The notes under the pieces were generated by a model. The model was not told where the DNA came from, searched no databases, and saw nothing but the letters and a program-made list of their open reading frames with translations. Shown piece after piece: positions 23,271 through 38,299 of a DNA stretch of 64,000 nt. Numbering within the stretch: the first letter of the stretch is position 1; each line of letters begins with the position of its first letter. A program made the translations under genes and the position numbers. Source of the stretch: Lama glama (Eukaryota); contig CM052816.1 in assembly GCA_028534125.1 (NCBI GenBank), positions 38,318,001-38,382,000 on the forward strand, read 5' to 3'.

Positions 23271-24689
23271 ACTGATTTAAAATTAAAGACAGAGAGAACC
23301 TGCTGGATGGCTTCACAGTAAACAGCGTTAAAAACTTGGTTTCAATTGATGTAAGAAGTTCTCTATAATACCTACGGATTTTAATGAGAACTAGGAATGC
23401 CATTAGCATGGTGTTTTAATCAACACAGTAGGCCTAAGTGTCTCACAAAATTTTCCTGTAAGAACTACCAAAATAGTTCCTGAGATACCAGGCTTAAGAA
23501 GAGTAAAGATCATTTTATTAAATTGGGTCACATGTACATAATGTCTATGTACAAAGAAACCAGCCCCTAAAAATGAATTAATGGTGGTCATCCACATATA
23601 CAAACTGGTAGGAAATCGTGCAAATTTATGTTTCTGTTTCTAGCCCAGGAAGCAAACTTTATATACAAACACAATAAGACTGACAGCATCTAAATTCATC
23701 CAGATATATCAATTACTACATATTAATGTACAGTTTAAGAGGACTTCTTCATCTTCAAACCCAGAGGGAGAAAAACACAATTGACATAGACTTTCATTTC
23801 TTCCTGTCCAGAGTGATTTGTGGCCTGTCATTCTTAAGGCATTTTGGAAGAGAAGACTGACATCCTGACAATCTCCTTAACTCTATTTGAGAAGACACAA
23901 CTGCCTGGGGTTTTCTAAACTCACATGTCATTGAGGCTGCAATATTACTGAAAAACAGGTGTTGAAAATTGCAAGTAATTATGAGCAATACAGAAATAAT
24001 CTTATTAGATCAATCATTCCTTAAAAAAAAGGGATTCTCCAAAGTATACCAAATAATTCCTAGATGTTTCCATAGTTAGAACTCAACTGGAAATGATTCC
24101 TCTTTCCTCGGACTTGTATTACATTTTCTGTGTACCTCTGGAAATAAAATTCTCACACAAGAAACAAGAAGTGCATCTGTGCTTCATTCTACCTTGTGCA
24201 GAAGGTATCTTTATATATATTTCTTATTAAATTGTAATTCTTGTTCCTTCCTTGCACATAGGCAACATGTTCTTTTTAACTGTTCCTGTACATAGATCTG
24301 AAGATAGGTATAGAATAACTGTTAGTTAAAAGAACAAATGAGCAAATAGAAGTCCATTCATTAGTCATGTTGAAAGACAACCTAAGCCTTTGAGGATCCA
24401 AGAATCTCCATATTTTTCTAATCAACACATATAAACTCAGATTTTGTTAAGTCTCTCATGCAAAACTTGGTATGTTACATGTAAATTAGTCATCTTGTGG
24501 AAATGCCATTAAATATTATATTTTCTGGAACATGCATTTTAAGTTTTGTAGATAAATGTTTTCTACTACAGAATCTGATTTTATGCCAGTTGCTTGAAGA
24601 ACTTAAAACCCTGTTCAAAGGTGCATGCAATTATCTAGCAGCACACCTTTACTAAGTTTAGGGAAATCCTGTAGATATGAGTTCCTGTG

Positions 24690-25170
24690 TCTGAGACAGG
24701 CAGGTCCCCTTCTCTTCTTCCATGGTGAACAGAGTTGTAGTGGAGCATATACATGGCTGACCAGATAGAGATGACATTTCCCAGACTCCTCTAAAGAGCC
24801 TCTCCCTGTAAAGCCTCCTATGTAAATAGGTTGTAAGGAGAGTGACTTAACTTTTGAATCATCTCCAATGCAAAACACAGCACACTTCTGTACTAGTGCC
24901 CTCCTTTCCTCTTCCTGTGAACTGAAACAACTGATGTGTTTGCAATCAAACTCTGATTATGCAGATGAGGACTGCAACCCTGCGGACAGCCAAGCCGGAG
25001 AATGGAAAGATTCAGGCCCAGAATGAGCATGCAGAGATCCTACAGCCCGGACACTGGGTTTGGTATTGTTGGAACTGCCCTCTGAGAAAAACATACTTCT
25101 CTTCTCTATAAGCAGTTGCATTTTGGGGTGTCTTTGCTATAGCAACTTATCCCTTACAATGAGTAACACA
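24690..25170 (+). mobile_element. Old MaLR LTR (MLT1J/K-like)
   Basis: catggctgaccag..acatttcccagactcc ... taagcagttgcattttggggtgtctttgctatagca. Confidence 0.65.
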
Positions 25171-27524
25171 CTTCCAAAACAGAAATGAAAGAACAAATTA
25201 TGTGGGTTCATCAAAGGTAGAGTTTAAGCAAGGAGCATAGCTCTGCCAACTAGGCACACTTAAGTAAGACTTTGATTCAGAAACTAGTGAAGCAAAGAGC
25301 AGAAACTATGTAACTTCTATTCTGATGACAGTAATGCACATATACTAAATATTTGATAAACTGATTTAAAATGTGCATAGACAGCTATTTGTTAGATTGT
25401 GAAATCAAATTCCAAAGAAATTAAAAATTGAAACAAATACAAAGCCCTATTCCAAAAGTTATTAAAATTTCAAGTTACAAAGTAAAAATCTGCTGTCATT
25501 ACATTCAAACAGACAGAGCCAATAGCAGCCACTTTATTTATTATCATAATTTGATCTAAAGTCTTTTTGGCCCCTTAATGAACTAATTTGGCAACCAGAG
25601 TAATTGTGACTTTACCTATTCTTCAGCACTTATAAAGTGAGAGATCTCTCATCAAGATAAGTTTTAGCATTGGTTTAAACATGAAGAAATTTTGTAACAT
25701 AAATGTGAAACAGCTATAGTGTTCCCCTCTACAGAACTGGAGTTCATGTTCCACCCCTGTGAAATTTTGAGACCTCTCCATTTGTCTAGATCTTATTATT
25801 CTCATATCCAAGTGGCTAGGATTTGTCTACACTGTATAGTTCTGTGATTCTAATTGCACTTTTGTTGCTTTATAAGTTAAGTAAGAGTAAGACGTACAGT
25901 TGATTGAGTAATAAGACAAAAATATTTAATAACCACAAGATGAAGGTATTTAAAAATATTTTACGTTTGAGAAAATATAAAGAGTGCCAGCAACATTTAT
26001 GTATTTCTGATGATATTTAAAATGTTGTAAATAAATCAGCCAACTGGCAAATTTCATGTAAATTTAAGCATTAAGATAAGAAGGGTTTCTGTTTATTTAA
26101 ATGTACTTTCTGGGTAGTTATAATTTATTCATGTTGGTAGTCAAATTCACTTTATCATCATAGATTGGGAAGTGAAACACAATATCCTTAAGGTTGTAAC
26201 AGATTGTAGGGTTAGTTTAATGAATAAGCAGATTTTGTTTTAATGGGGCGTGTGTATGTTTTGTTTAGGAAAAATAGATAAGTAAAACAAACCCAAAATT
26301 TAGAAAATGTCAGAAGGGATATTTAAATGTTTAAGTAAAACATGAAATGCTGAAGTATCTGATATCCAAAATCTGCCTATTGCTACTAGGAGCCTAGTTA
26401 CAACCTAGGCTTGAGGGATTGGGCTGAGGGAGATGCCTGCGTTCAGGAATTCCCAACTATAAAGGCGGATTCTAGGTTTCAACTTTGAAAGCCTAATAAA
26501 CTGATTACCATGTGAAGACATCTTACAAAAGACTTCTAATAGAACTGGTATCTTTTAGAAAGCAGGAGAAGTGCTTTGTTTTAACAAGCATTTTTCTCAT
26601 ATTGGAAGGAAATTTGCAACTTCCACAGGGAATGCAGTTCCTTCAAATGTAATCTTTGCCACCTAATACTATTTTTCATCTTTATAGTCTAATATTTGAA
26701 ATTTGTGTTTCACTTTAAAAATAAGAGGAGAAAGGCATAATACTACACTGAGTATTTTAAAAGTCTTCTATGCTTCCAAAGTGTTTTGTATAAAATAAAT
26801 TTATAATTAGAATTTAGAATTGCAGAGGCCCAATTATTGTTGGTTATAAGTTAAATATAGTTTTTATTTTACATATAAAAATATGAATAAAAAACATTCA
26901 AGAATATAGAAAAAACAGAAAATAGGTATGATACAATGTAACTTACTATTTTATTATTTTCTGATGAATCTATCTAAATCTATCTATATATATCTATATA
27001 TTCTGAGATATTCTACATTATTGTACAAATACGATCTTTACTTCATTTCTTCAAATGGGTCTTAAATAACAATATAATTTACCATTACAGTCAGATTTTA
27101 TGGATGTTACCTGAAATTTTATTCCTCTTAAAGAAAAGCTTCAATGACAGGAAATAATAAAAATGCTTAATTGCTACAGCGGTTATTGTATTTTCTAATA
27201 AAAATGGTAAACTGACTTTTAAAAAAGCAGTGAGTAAATATTCAGGATTTTTTTTCCCATTAATATCCACTAGAGGGAAAAAAAATGCTCACATCTGGAC
27301 TTGAGTTTCTTTTGAGGCCATTTTGTGTCTCTTCTCAGCTCCTTTCTTTCCTTATGAGAGACAGGGGAAAAAATCTATAAGGCTGAATAATCTGGATGAA
27401 CATTTTAAAATTTATTTTTTGGTTTGTGCACGTGTGTGTGATTTCATTTGTTACCTCAAAAAAGAGAGAAAAGATATTTTCTAGATGTAAATTACGTACA
27501 CTGCGTTAAGTACTAAAAGTAACA

Positions 27525-27642
27525 GTATGATCTAACATTTATATTGCATGCTTACCATGTGTCAAGATTGTTCTAACTGGTTTACACATTTCATCTTCAC
27601 AGTGACTTTATGAGTGAAATATTATTTTTCCTTTTTTACATT
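27525..27642 (-). mobile_element. MIR fragment
   Basis: taacatttatattgcatgcttaccatgtgtcaag. Confidence 0.6.
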
Positions 27643-28829
27643 GGCACAATTCTCTTCTGTGCTATGAAACCAATTTTTCCTCTAGTTATTCTAAGACTTT
27701 CTCCCCAGTGACTTTGGTTTTTGCACATGAGGTGTAGAAACTGGAATCAAGCAGTTAAGCTCTCCGACTGTCTGTCTGTCTCTGTCTCCAACTCTCCCTC
27801 CTTCTCTCTGTTTCCTGTTTTGTAGAAGAAGCAATACACTCAGCAGTGAGTAAACTCTGAGTACGCCCTAGATTACTGCCCTATTCATGGCAAGGAAGCC
27901 GCTAAAGACAAATGTTGGGATTCTTCTTAATAAAAAGCAGTAACACTCAATAATAAGTAATTATTAAGAAATAAGAGAGAGGAAGCTGCATTTATACAAC
28001 AAGCTACTGAAAATATTGTATTGATTATTTCAGTTACTTAAAAGTGAAGAGTCAATCGAATGAGGGGGCCAATCCTTCACATGAAAGATGAAAGTAGTTA
28101 AAACACAGTATGATTTTAAAGACACCACTGCAGATCTCATTTACAAAAATCAGCTATGCAACACCATACGCTTCAGAGATTCGGCATTAAAGAGCCATTT
28201 CTTTAGGCTAAGCAAGGTTCATTAATACATAAGTAGCATTTACTACCTGACAATACTAATGTTAAAGTAATCATTGTGCTACTGTTTTCAGGCTAACAGA
28301 GACCGTCAATTCATTTAACCTGAAGTAACAAATAACATGAAAAGCTCAAGAACCATGGCCGAGCTAGGAGTATGGGACAGGGGAAGTGGTGATGGGCTTT
28401 CAGCACTCAAAATACACAATCTACGTTCTGTACCTATGCTCTTTAGTTATACAGCAGGCACGGCTTTTTGAATGTTAAACTACAAAAAAACCCATAATTT
28501 TGTTCTAATCTTTGCTTGTTAGTCCTCACATATTCTAGCTTATGGCCTGTAGGTAATATTCCAATTTCCTAATATCTTGTCAATTTCCAACCTCTTTTTT
28601 CTATTTTTACTTGCAATTTTTATTAAGGTGGTCAAGATCATTCCATCTGTGTTTACATACATATCCTGACCATTATTTGAAATTTTTTTTGCTCACCCAT
28701 TCATGTGATCACATAAAGGCAAACTCAATTCTCTGCTCTGCTGTCATTATCTCTTTGTCATTTGTCCCCTCTTTCCCATTAAAATTCTTACATAACAATA
28801 TCTAATTATTGCCCCTGATTTTCCACTTA

Positions 28830-29110
28830 TCGCTTCAAATTGCCATCAACCACTCCAATGAAATTGCTGTAACGTTGACAAAAATCTCATCACAAAGTTC
28901 ACTAATTTGTTTCAGTTCTTGTCTTGCTTTTAGCCACCCAACAGGCATCACCGTCCTTGACCTTTGCACTAGAGTTGTTTATGACTTTCTCTTCCTGAAT
29001 GTTGTCTTCTATCTGTAAAGACATACTATTCCTGTATTTCTCCTTTCTTTTCTCATTTCTCCTAGATGTTTTCAGTCTCTTTTACCACATTTCCTTTAAA
29101 TGTGTTCATC
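28830..29110 (+). mobile_element. Degenerate L2 fragment
   Basis: caccactccaatgaaattgct-like text in pyrimidine-rich L2-like sequence. Confidence 0.4.
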
Positions 29111-31419
29111 TCCTGTTAATTTAGATTAAAGACCTCTAGCGTTGTTGGCTTACACTGGCTTTGCAGAAATATCCATTTCTTTATTCTAATGAGTTATAAA
29201 GTTAAGACACAGCCTCCAACATAAACTCTACCTCTTTCTTTCTTCAAAGTGACTACTTCAGGAACATTCGTTTCAAGTCCTTCTAACCTCCTCAACCCAC
29301 AAGGTCCTTCTCTAAATCCTTTTGCATCTATAGTCTGTCTCATATGCGGCAACACTTAGTTCAATACTATTCTTTACTCTTGCCATCTCCCTTGTTTTGT
29401 TGTACCTTGTCCGGTTTTACTGTGATTTTTTTTCCTGTGAGCATCAATTTATCTATTTAGATATCCTTTATAATTACCTAAGAAAACTTAAATTTTATTT
29501 CAATTAAAGCCTCATTAAAATAATACGGTATTTTTAGTCTGTTCTATGTTAATAACTCATGAAGAGCCTACAGTAATCTAACAATTCTATCTGCTTAAGA
29601 AACCAAAACAGTACAAAAATTTCAGATTCAAGAAAATAAATTATTAATTTTTTTTTCAGATCCAATTGACTTTTTTTTAATTTTTGGATTCTTATCCCAT
29701 TTTCCCTTAAGAAAAAGAAAAATCTTGAGCAAAGCCAAATTTCATTCCAAAACAGGAAAGAGAAAATAATTTATTTCAATTCTTTGTGTGAAAGTAATAG
29801 TCTTTGTGCCCTGAGAAGGCTACCATTTTTCCAGTTAAGTAAAGATGCCCTATACTATGAAGTGCTGCCATTTAAAGAACTACCAGGAAGCAACTCAATG
29901 AGGAGGAATTGTTAAGGGTAGGTTTCTTGCTGAATTCCAATCATGTTCTTTTCAAAACCTGGCTTTATGGATTTTAAAGAAATCCTGAGGGGGCACTCTT
30001 TTCCTTTTGTCCCACTGAAATATCATCATTAAACTCTTTTAAAAATGGTTTCTGATATGATTCTGCTTTCCAGCTGAGGCAACATTTTCTGTAAGTAATA
30101 ACAAAACAGCTGAACTGAGTAAAAGCAAACTGGGCAGATAGGAATATCAATCCTGATGGGACCAAAGGGAGCCCTGTGTTAACTTCTGAAGTACCTGAAC
30201 TTTTCTGAACCAGCTGGTTTTGACTGAAATTGGAAATGCTCTTTTACTTTCGAATCCCTGCCAGAGGGGGCTGCTATGGTAGACTTCTCTAGCTATTTTT
30301 CTTCTTTTTCAGAGGAATTCAAGACGGGAGATGTCAATGTGTGTGCTTAAGCGTAAAAGTGATCATTTTTTAACCACTGGTGGGAAAGTAGTTTGCCAGT
30401 GGGAGCTAAGTGTTGAAATCTGGCATTAATCCAGCAGAGTTGGACCAATAGATCATAGATAACTACACAGTATATGATGGTGACTTCTCTTGTTTAAAAT
30501 GAAAAAAAAAATGGAGAGTATTGAGAAGTGAGACAGGAGATTTTTCAAAAGGTGCACCACACTACTCTATTGACTTAAGCCAGCCACAAGGAAATTTTAA
30601 AATAATTTAGAGAATGGAGTGCAACTACCTCTATGAAGATCACTCTTCATAACACAGGTGGATAGGGAATAGTCCAGTATGAAATATTGCGTGGCACATG
30701 TGCTTACCCTAAAGCTTCAGCAGATACTAAACTGCAGTCTAGAAGTTTGGTGAATTTAAGCTGAACAGGCTGGTTATGTCACACAGAAGCAACAACAATG
30801 ATACCCCCTAAAAGTGGAAATGGAAGTAAATAGCCAAGTGTCTGTCTCTTGAAGAGAAGTTAATAAAAACAGAAATCCAAGCCTTCCACCAGGATTATGG
30901 TGAGCTGGGTTTCTGTGTAAATGAGCCTAAAAGTTCCAACACTTATGCTTTTCCTGTCAGGTCACAAATAAAAGCTCTTGTTATTTCAAAAGGATCATCA
31001 AAATTTTTTATTTGAAAAATCATTTTGAAATAAGAAATCTGAAAGGGATTCTAAAATGAACTTTTCCTCCTTTTTTCAAAAACGTAACTGAATTACCTTG
31101 CCTGGACATAGAATTTAAAACCCTACCCATTTCAGTTTAGAATAAACTTTCCCCAAAAATATATTTAATTAACTTAACCTTAAATTAAAATAGGTAAGAA
31201 ATCAAAAAGTAACACCAAAACTTTTAACACCAAACAAAGGTATGTTTCCTACAGGTCTCTTCAAATCAAAGGAGTCAGAATTACAATTTTTAAAGTCTTA
31301 CATGGCAGGGGCCAAATGTCTTCTCCATCCTGTTTTCTTTAAGATGAAGTCAGAGTGTATTTATCTATAAACATTGTGTAAGTTTTTATCATATTGTATT
31401 TTGAATCAAGCCTTCCTTC

Positions 31420-32424
31420 TCAAGTATTCAGCATTTGGTGACCATTGTATTTAATACTGAACTTGGTCCTGAGGCAAAAAAAACAGTAACTAGATTAATG
31501 GTTGTAGTATGACTTACAGAAACCGTGACCATGCAACTACAGGAAATGCAAGTACTGTTGGCTGCAGCTGTGGATGTTTTCCAGTCACCTACAAAGAACT
31601 TGAGCTGAGAACTTAAAACCTGGAGCTTGTAATTTTTTTTCTCCAATTTTCCAGTGCATTTAGAAGTAACCAACCACCTCCATTACATCCCTTACTTCTA
31701 TGGCATTTATTCCTTGGTTACCTAAAACTTTGCTTCCATAGGCATTTAATTACTGTAGGTGACTACATGTGATAAACTAAATTACTGCTCTGCCACAGGA
31801 CGCCGTAAGCTAGCAGTGCTACCCTGGCTCATGGATGCCTACAATCTAATTAGATAAGAGAGCTACTTAACAGTTAATTCCCATGTTTGAGGCTGTTTCC
31901 ATGGAACCATTTCTAGTGTCAATTTCTGTTCTGATTATCCTTACAAAAGCTACCCCAAAACATAATAGTTTAAAACAACTGCTTGACCACGTCTTACAGT
32001 TTGGCGGGTTGAGTGGGTTCATCTAAATAACTGTGCTGTTCTCACTTCAGGACTCCCCTGTGGTTTCAGTCAGATGGCAGCTGAGACTGGAATCATCTGC
32101 ATGTTCAATTGAAATGCTAGCACAGCTGGGACCTCCTCTTGTCAGTAAAGTTTCAGGGCTTCTCTCATTGGCATGGTCTCTCCATGCAGTCTCTGCAGGA
32201 GGGGAGTCAGCTTCCATGGCAGCTTATGAAAATAAGCCTTCCAAGGTAAAGAAATGGATGTTGCCCATCCTTTTAAAGGGAGCTGGCAGACCATAATTTC
32301 TTCTATATTCTATTAGCTAATACAAATTAGAGGAGACCCCAGATTCAGAAGGGGAGGATAATACAGGAGAGCATACTGGGAGATATAGTTCATTACGAAC
32401 CATTTTTGGAGACAAGGTACCAGA
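31420..32424 (-). mobile_element. MLT1G/H-like LTR (~31928-32424) with adjoining internal gag-like remnant (~31420-31927)
   Basis: LTR text taccccaaaacataatagtttaaaacaac, cagtcagatggcagctg; junction ttctagtgtcaatttc; ORF 31428-31673 (LEKKNYKLQVLSSQLK...CISCS) resembles the ERVL/MaLR gag coiled coil. Confidence 0.7.
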
Positions 32425-34659
32425 GACAGTTTGGAATTTCTGTCTGTAGTTGTCTGGTTAAAGAATTTTTATTCTCTGGGTCTATAATACACAAACCCCT
32501 CTTTTAATGATGAATATTTGAGTTGCATCTGAATCATAGGTTCAGTTACTATGGAAATCTTGGTAGTTTTGCCTATTATGTATATCTTGCCATTTATTCT
32601 GAAAATGGGAATTGAGTGAAAATTAGAGGGATAACTGAATATGATGTTTTTGGTAGGAATAGGTTGGAGATTGAAGCCCGATGAAGACTGTTTTTATATT
32701 GTAGGGAATAAGATAATACCTGGTACAGAAAAAATAAAGCCTGCAAATGTAATAAGTTTATTTGTTACCACAGGGTCTAAATTTATTTTCAATAAGAATG
32801 ACTGTCATAAAAAGTTTTTGTGTATAACTCCACAATATCAGAATATGTAAGAAATGCTATGGAAATATTGTTTTCTAAATAGACTTTCTGCCTAAACTTT
32901 GATAGTCAAGAACAAGATAAGAATTCAAAATTATATATTCTTTTTTATGACCTTATAAATACTCTGTATAACTATATTGGTATCTTTAACTGCCTCAGTT
33001 CTAAAGATCTCATATTTTGAGATTCCTAACTAAAGAGATTGGATTTAAAGTTCAGAATTACTATGACCTTCCAATCCCATGTTTTTGGACAATAGCTCTA
33101 TTTTTTGACTCGCCAAGATTTCTTTTTCTGAAATATAAAGTACACATGTGACTATGTTCAAAATTCTCCCATTAATATTTCCCTTCTACTGTTCCTAACA
33201 CATTCCTATCATCAGGTAAGTCTTTCATGGAAGGTAAAATTAAACATAAATATTTTAATTACTTTCTTTACCCCCTAAAAGAAAAATGTACTAAACCAAG
33301 TAGGCAAAGTAAAGTTTCATCAAATAAAATTTCAGCCTTTAGAAAAATGCCAGTTGTATCTGGTGATCACATAGTTTAATGCCTTCTTCCCTCCCTCCCT
33401 TCTTCTCATTCTTTCAACTTTTCCCCTATTTTTTTTTTCTGTTTTAAATAATGAAAGCAGAGAAACTGCAAGCAAATCCACTCTTAACTCATTCTTACTC
33501 TCATTCAAAATGATCCTTACTTATCTATGTCTCTACCACAGTTAAGGTTAACCAGCTATGTTAGGTATCTAAAGTAAATTATTTACAAATGAACTAAATG
33601 GCACCCAGAAAGAATTAATTTACTTTACATACATGAGGCATTAAATCCAGGGTTTACTTACTCTTATTGCAGTTTTAACTTTTTTGAATGTCCTTCTTAG
33701 TAGCAAAATACTTTTTATAATTCTTTTTACTAGTTTTTCTTTACTACAAAACTCTCCAGTAAAAAGTGGATTTTCCTTTTCTGTGTAGACTTTCTTTTAT
33801 TTTATCTCAGTGAATTCCATTTCTAACTTCATCTCACTAATGAGTTTCCAATATTAAAGATCCATAAAAGAGTTCTGGTTTTGTTTGACTCTGGGAGAAG
33901 GACAAGTGGCAGGATGGGAAAAACATTTTTCCATAAAATAGAAATAATTTTATTGTTGGAAAAGGAAATAAAGTGGATACTCAAAACGCATATGATGGCC
34001 ACAAAAACCAAGGACTCATAATTCCAACAGCCAAGACAAGGAGAATGGATGAGGAAAATAAGCTGAGCAAGTTTTGAAGTGTATAATTTAGAGGACTGAT
34101 GATATAAAATAGCTACAATCATTTTCAAAACATGCATGGATAAACACTGTAGCCAGGGATTGAAGTCAGGACTGCATTCTTCCAGAACCACAGGGAGGTA
34201 TATTACAAGGGTGATAATGAATTCTTGTATTAAAAAAATCTATTCCCTGCTGTTTCTTTACAGGAAGAGGGCAAGAGAAACAAAGGCTAGCTTTAAAAGA
34301 AAAAAGAAAAAGTAAAATATTTTCAATTCAGTAAAGCAATTTTTTTCCCCTTTTGGTAACCAACTGAAAATTATTTTTCAAAGTGTGCTCACCAAATTCA
34401 ACTTGTTTAAGCATTACTTTTTCCTTCCTAAAGGGTGAACTGATATTCCCAACATAGGAGAAGAAAATAAAAGATTAAGAAAATAAAGTTTTTCCAAGAG
34501 GACAGAATATTTATAATAAAAGCTATTTATCAGCTAAACTGTTTGCAAAAGAACCATTACCTTCCTTTATGTGGGATCCCAAAATAACCAAAGTATATTA
34601 TTTTATTTAGAACATGTTTTGTAGATCAGTTAATTTGTTGCTTGATTGATTAGTACTAA

Positions 34660-34985
34660 CTATATGTCCAGCCTAAATGCTCCCCTAAATTTGAGCCCTT
34701 TCATGTTCCCCCACTGGTATACTACAGGCACTTCCACTTTAACATGTCACAAATTATCCTTATGATAAATCCATGTTTGTTCATCCTTCTACAGAACCAT
34801 CAAACTTACTGTAATGCTCTCTATGGATCTCAGAAAACCTGGTCAGCCACTGTTTCTAGTACTGCCTGCAACTCATCACTGTCTCCTAGCAACTCTCCTC
34901 TGTAATTATCTCTTATATGTTCCCATCTTTCTATTTCTTGCATTCCTTCTACTGCCGTATCTTAGATGTTATTACAGCTTCCATG
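34660..34985 (+). mobile_element. Degenerate L2 fragment
   Basis: caggcacttccactttaacatgtc ... cttagatgttattacagcttcc. Confidence 0.45.
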
Positions 34986-35434
34986 GAATTTAGATAATCC
35001 AAATCACCTCAAATTTCATTACCTATAGATAAACAAGCTTAATATATTGCTGTATATTTTTAAATAATATGTGCACGTAAAAAATCTACAATATAGAATA
35101 ATTCTGGAGGCTTGATCAGATTTAGGCTTTGTTTGCTTGCTTCTTTGACAAGAATGTTTCATAGGTGGTACTCAGTATCACCTTGAATTTTGAAAGAAGA
35201 CAATTCATTGTTCTGCCCTCCAAACCTCCAGAATCCCAATATTCTGTACTATAAACAAAGAGCAAGTCAATATACCTCACTACCAAAAAGGCAGATGGCA
35301 CAACTAGGGTTTTTAATACCAACTAAATATTGGTACCAACTAAATACGTGACTGGATCAATAATGCCCATCCCTTTTCAAATATGTTTATGTGGGAATAA
35401 AAATGATTTTTTTATCATATTATCATAATAAAAG

Positions 35435-35652
35435 CAAGTTATATGCTTCTAAGCTTTATCTCATTTAATTCTTAAGTCAACCTTATAAGATGGGTACCAA
35501 GGTTATTATCCATTTTATGGATGAGAAGCCTGAGCCCTAGAGATGGTAAAATCACTTTCCCAAGATGAATCAGCTAGTGATATTATACTCAGAACTTAAA
35601 GTTTTGTTTTACTCTACAGCCCATAGCTTTGTCATTGATGGCACTGCCTCCT
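35435..35652 (-). mobile_element. MIR SINE
   Basis: tatctcatttaattct..ttattatccattttatggatgagaagcctgag..cccaagat. Confidence 0.75.
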
Positions 35653-36409
35653 CAAAATCAATAATCTGATTCTGGTTTAATGCTTATAAAGACTTCACAT
35701 TATATTTCGATTTTAACAGATTTATAAAGTTGGACCCTCTTACAATATTCATCTACTCTTGAAAAATGAAGACAAAATTCTGAATTGCCCTTACTGGGTT
35801 AATCAGAAAATAAAACAACACTTAAAGCTCACTGGAAAAAAAAAGTGAAATTATAGTTGTTTTATTCCCAGGATTAATTGTTTCTCTTCTACCGTGAGGA
35901 ATGTATCTGCTCTTTGATGAACTGTTGACATGTTTGCCACACTTTCGGAAAGCACATATGCTATACTGTGATGTTGTAAAATGAAAATGTGAGATGGAAT
36001 TCTGTTGCCTACAGCTGTTAACTTTTTAAATAGCATTAGGAAATTCTGTCAAATTAATTCTATATATATTCTCTATATATTAGAATAAATAGCATAAAGA
36101 ACAATTTCCTTTGCTTCCGTTAAAAATAAGTATATAATGAAGGAAAGAACAATAGGGCACAAGCCCTCCATTCTTAAACAGATTCACATTAGACTTTCAT
36201 AGAGTACTTCACTTTCAAGTGACTGAACAGAATGCAACAGTAAATAAACCTTTAATAAATAGTTAGGTTGGTAAAATCAGAATTGTCTCTAATTCCTGCT
36301 GTAAGAAGAGAAATGAACACTCACTGGATAATTTTTGTTTGTTGGGCAATGGTCCAGAAAATCCAGAAATCCATCTTATTTAATGTGTCCTCTCCTAAAA
36401 TGCACTAAA

Positions 36410-36540
36410 CATCACTATTCCCACTTTATAAATGAAAAACTAAAACTCAGACTTTATGATCTTCGGAAAATCTAGGGCTTTTCAGTGTTAGATCAGCGAT
36501 TTCAAGTCTGGCTTTATGACTCCAAAATCTGTTTTTTCTA
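36410..36540 (-). mobile_element. MIR fragment
   Basis: attcccactttataaatgaaaaactaaaactcaga ... tgactccaaa. Confidence 0.55.
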
Positions 36541-38299
36541 TCTTACTACACTGTTACAAGGTATAAAATAAACCAAATAGATAAATTTTTTTTAAATTAA
36601 GATAAAAATCAAAACAAAAAAGATAAAAATTTTAAAAAGATGTTTGAGTCATTATCATTGTTGCTCTTTATTAAGTACTAAAAGCTTAATTTGAAAAAAA
36701 AAAAGAAAACAGATCTAAAAAAATGTATCTAGAATTTCTGGGCAACTGAGAAGAGGAAGTAACTAATATTCAACACTCAAGAATTTTCAAGACAACTGAG
36801 TGGCTTTGAAGGCAGAGAATGAGAGACACCTTGAAAGCCATTCTGTGCCTTACTTAAAGCTGATATATCTGAAAAGAGAACAGATGGGATACAATCCTGT
36901 GGGCAATTACTATTCAGCTGCCACCTGTACCACACCCACCATTTGCACCCTCTAACCAACTGTCCTGACCAATATTCTTTCATGTCAGCAAACTGCTCTC
37001 GCTCAGACACTGCAACGTAGCACGCAGGAACTGTGCTGTTAAACCAGAAGTCTTCTTTTGTTTTTTTAAATTTTTGTCAGAATTCCTCTCTTCTGATATA
37101 ATCACAATCTCCCAGGTCCAAAGCATCTGATCTTTCCTTTTCTTTCCACTCATCACCTAAAAAAACCCACTGACATACACTGAAAGAAAAGCTCAAGGTA
37201 GGAGTTTTCACATGAACTCACTGCTTTGGTATTTCCAAAACAAGGTTCGTAAGTCAAACATCAGTTGACCCTTTGACCCAAATCTTCAAAAATTCTTTGT
37301 ATCTGTGAAATTTCTTTCATTCAGTGATGGCAGTCTGTCTTTGGCTGTTTTGTGAAGCCTTTTGGGGAGACACATGGATAGGCAAATGCAGCAGCTCCCA
37401 GTGCTTCATTCAAAACTATCAAAAATCGTCTAGAAGCATCTTAACTTTCATGAGGGATGAACACTGCTCCCTACCTAAAGAGAAATGTAAATGTAATTCT
37501 AAATTAATCATCTTCAATGATAAGAACAAAGCAGTATCTACAGGGCTAATGATCTGAGATAATATAGCAAATGTGTATTGGCCCAGAACTTACAAAGTTT
37601 GTGACTTCTAAAACCACAATAATTCAGATTTTAGTAAACGTTATTATTCCTCTGGTCTGCCAAACAACTCTAATTTATTATATATGTACTACCTTGATGG
37701 TGTAAGTCTTTCTCATATAACAGCTATAGGGACAACTGAATTAAATCCAATGATTAGAATATGCTCTCCAGCTTTGAAATTAAATGCTTTGGCTTCCCTT
37801 CAAAGTTCGTATTCTGTAACACCAGTAATGCTTTGGCACTGAGCTTCTTTGAAGGACCATTCCATCCACAGGGCTTACTTCCACTGCTGGAGCTCATACT
37901 TTGCCAAATAGACTGTAGATTGATTAATCATGCTGACAAAAGTCTTTATAACATCAACATCTGATTTGAAATGTTTAAAAAACTCTTCAAAGTATGACCA
38001 GGATGTTTTGAGGATTGACTGAGATCACAGGCTGTTAAAATGAAGAAAGAAAGAAAGAAAAAAACAGAATACTGGTTTCTGAGAATATGCATAAGTGAAA
38101 AATCACTTTAGCTATCTAAATTTATTAAAAGTAATTACTTTATTAAAAGTAATAACTAAGTATGCCCACTTCTGGACCATTCAGAATTTTTGGCACTTAT
38201 CGTATGAGAAATACTTACTGTCTGGGAGATATTCTGCATTAAAGTCTATTAGTTACAAAACTGAAAATATCTAATTGTGTTTGTTCCTGTATATTATTT

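Noticed and set aside
30256..30275. CTCF-like ctgccagagggggctg
   Set aside because: Needs a register shift to fit the core motif; weak match
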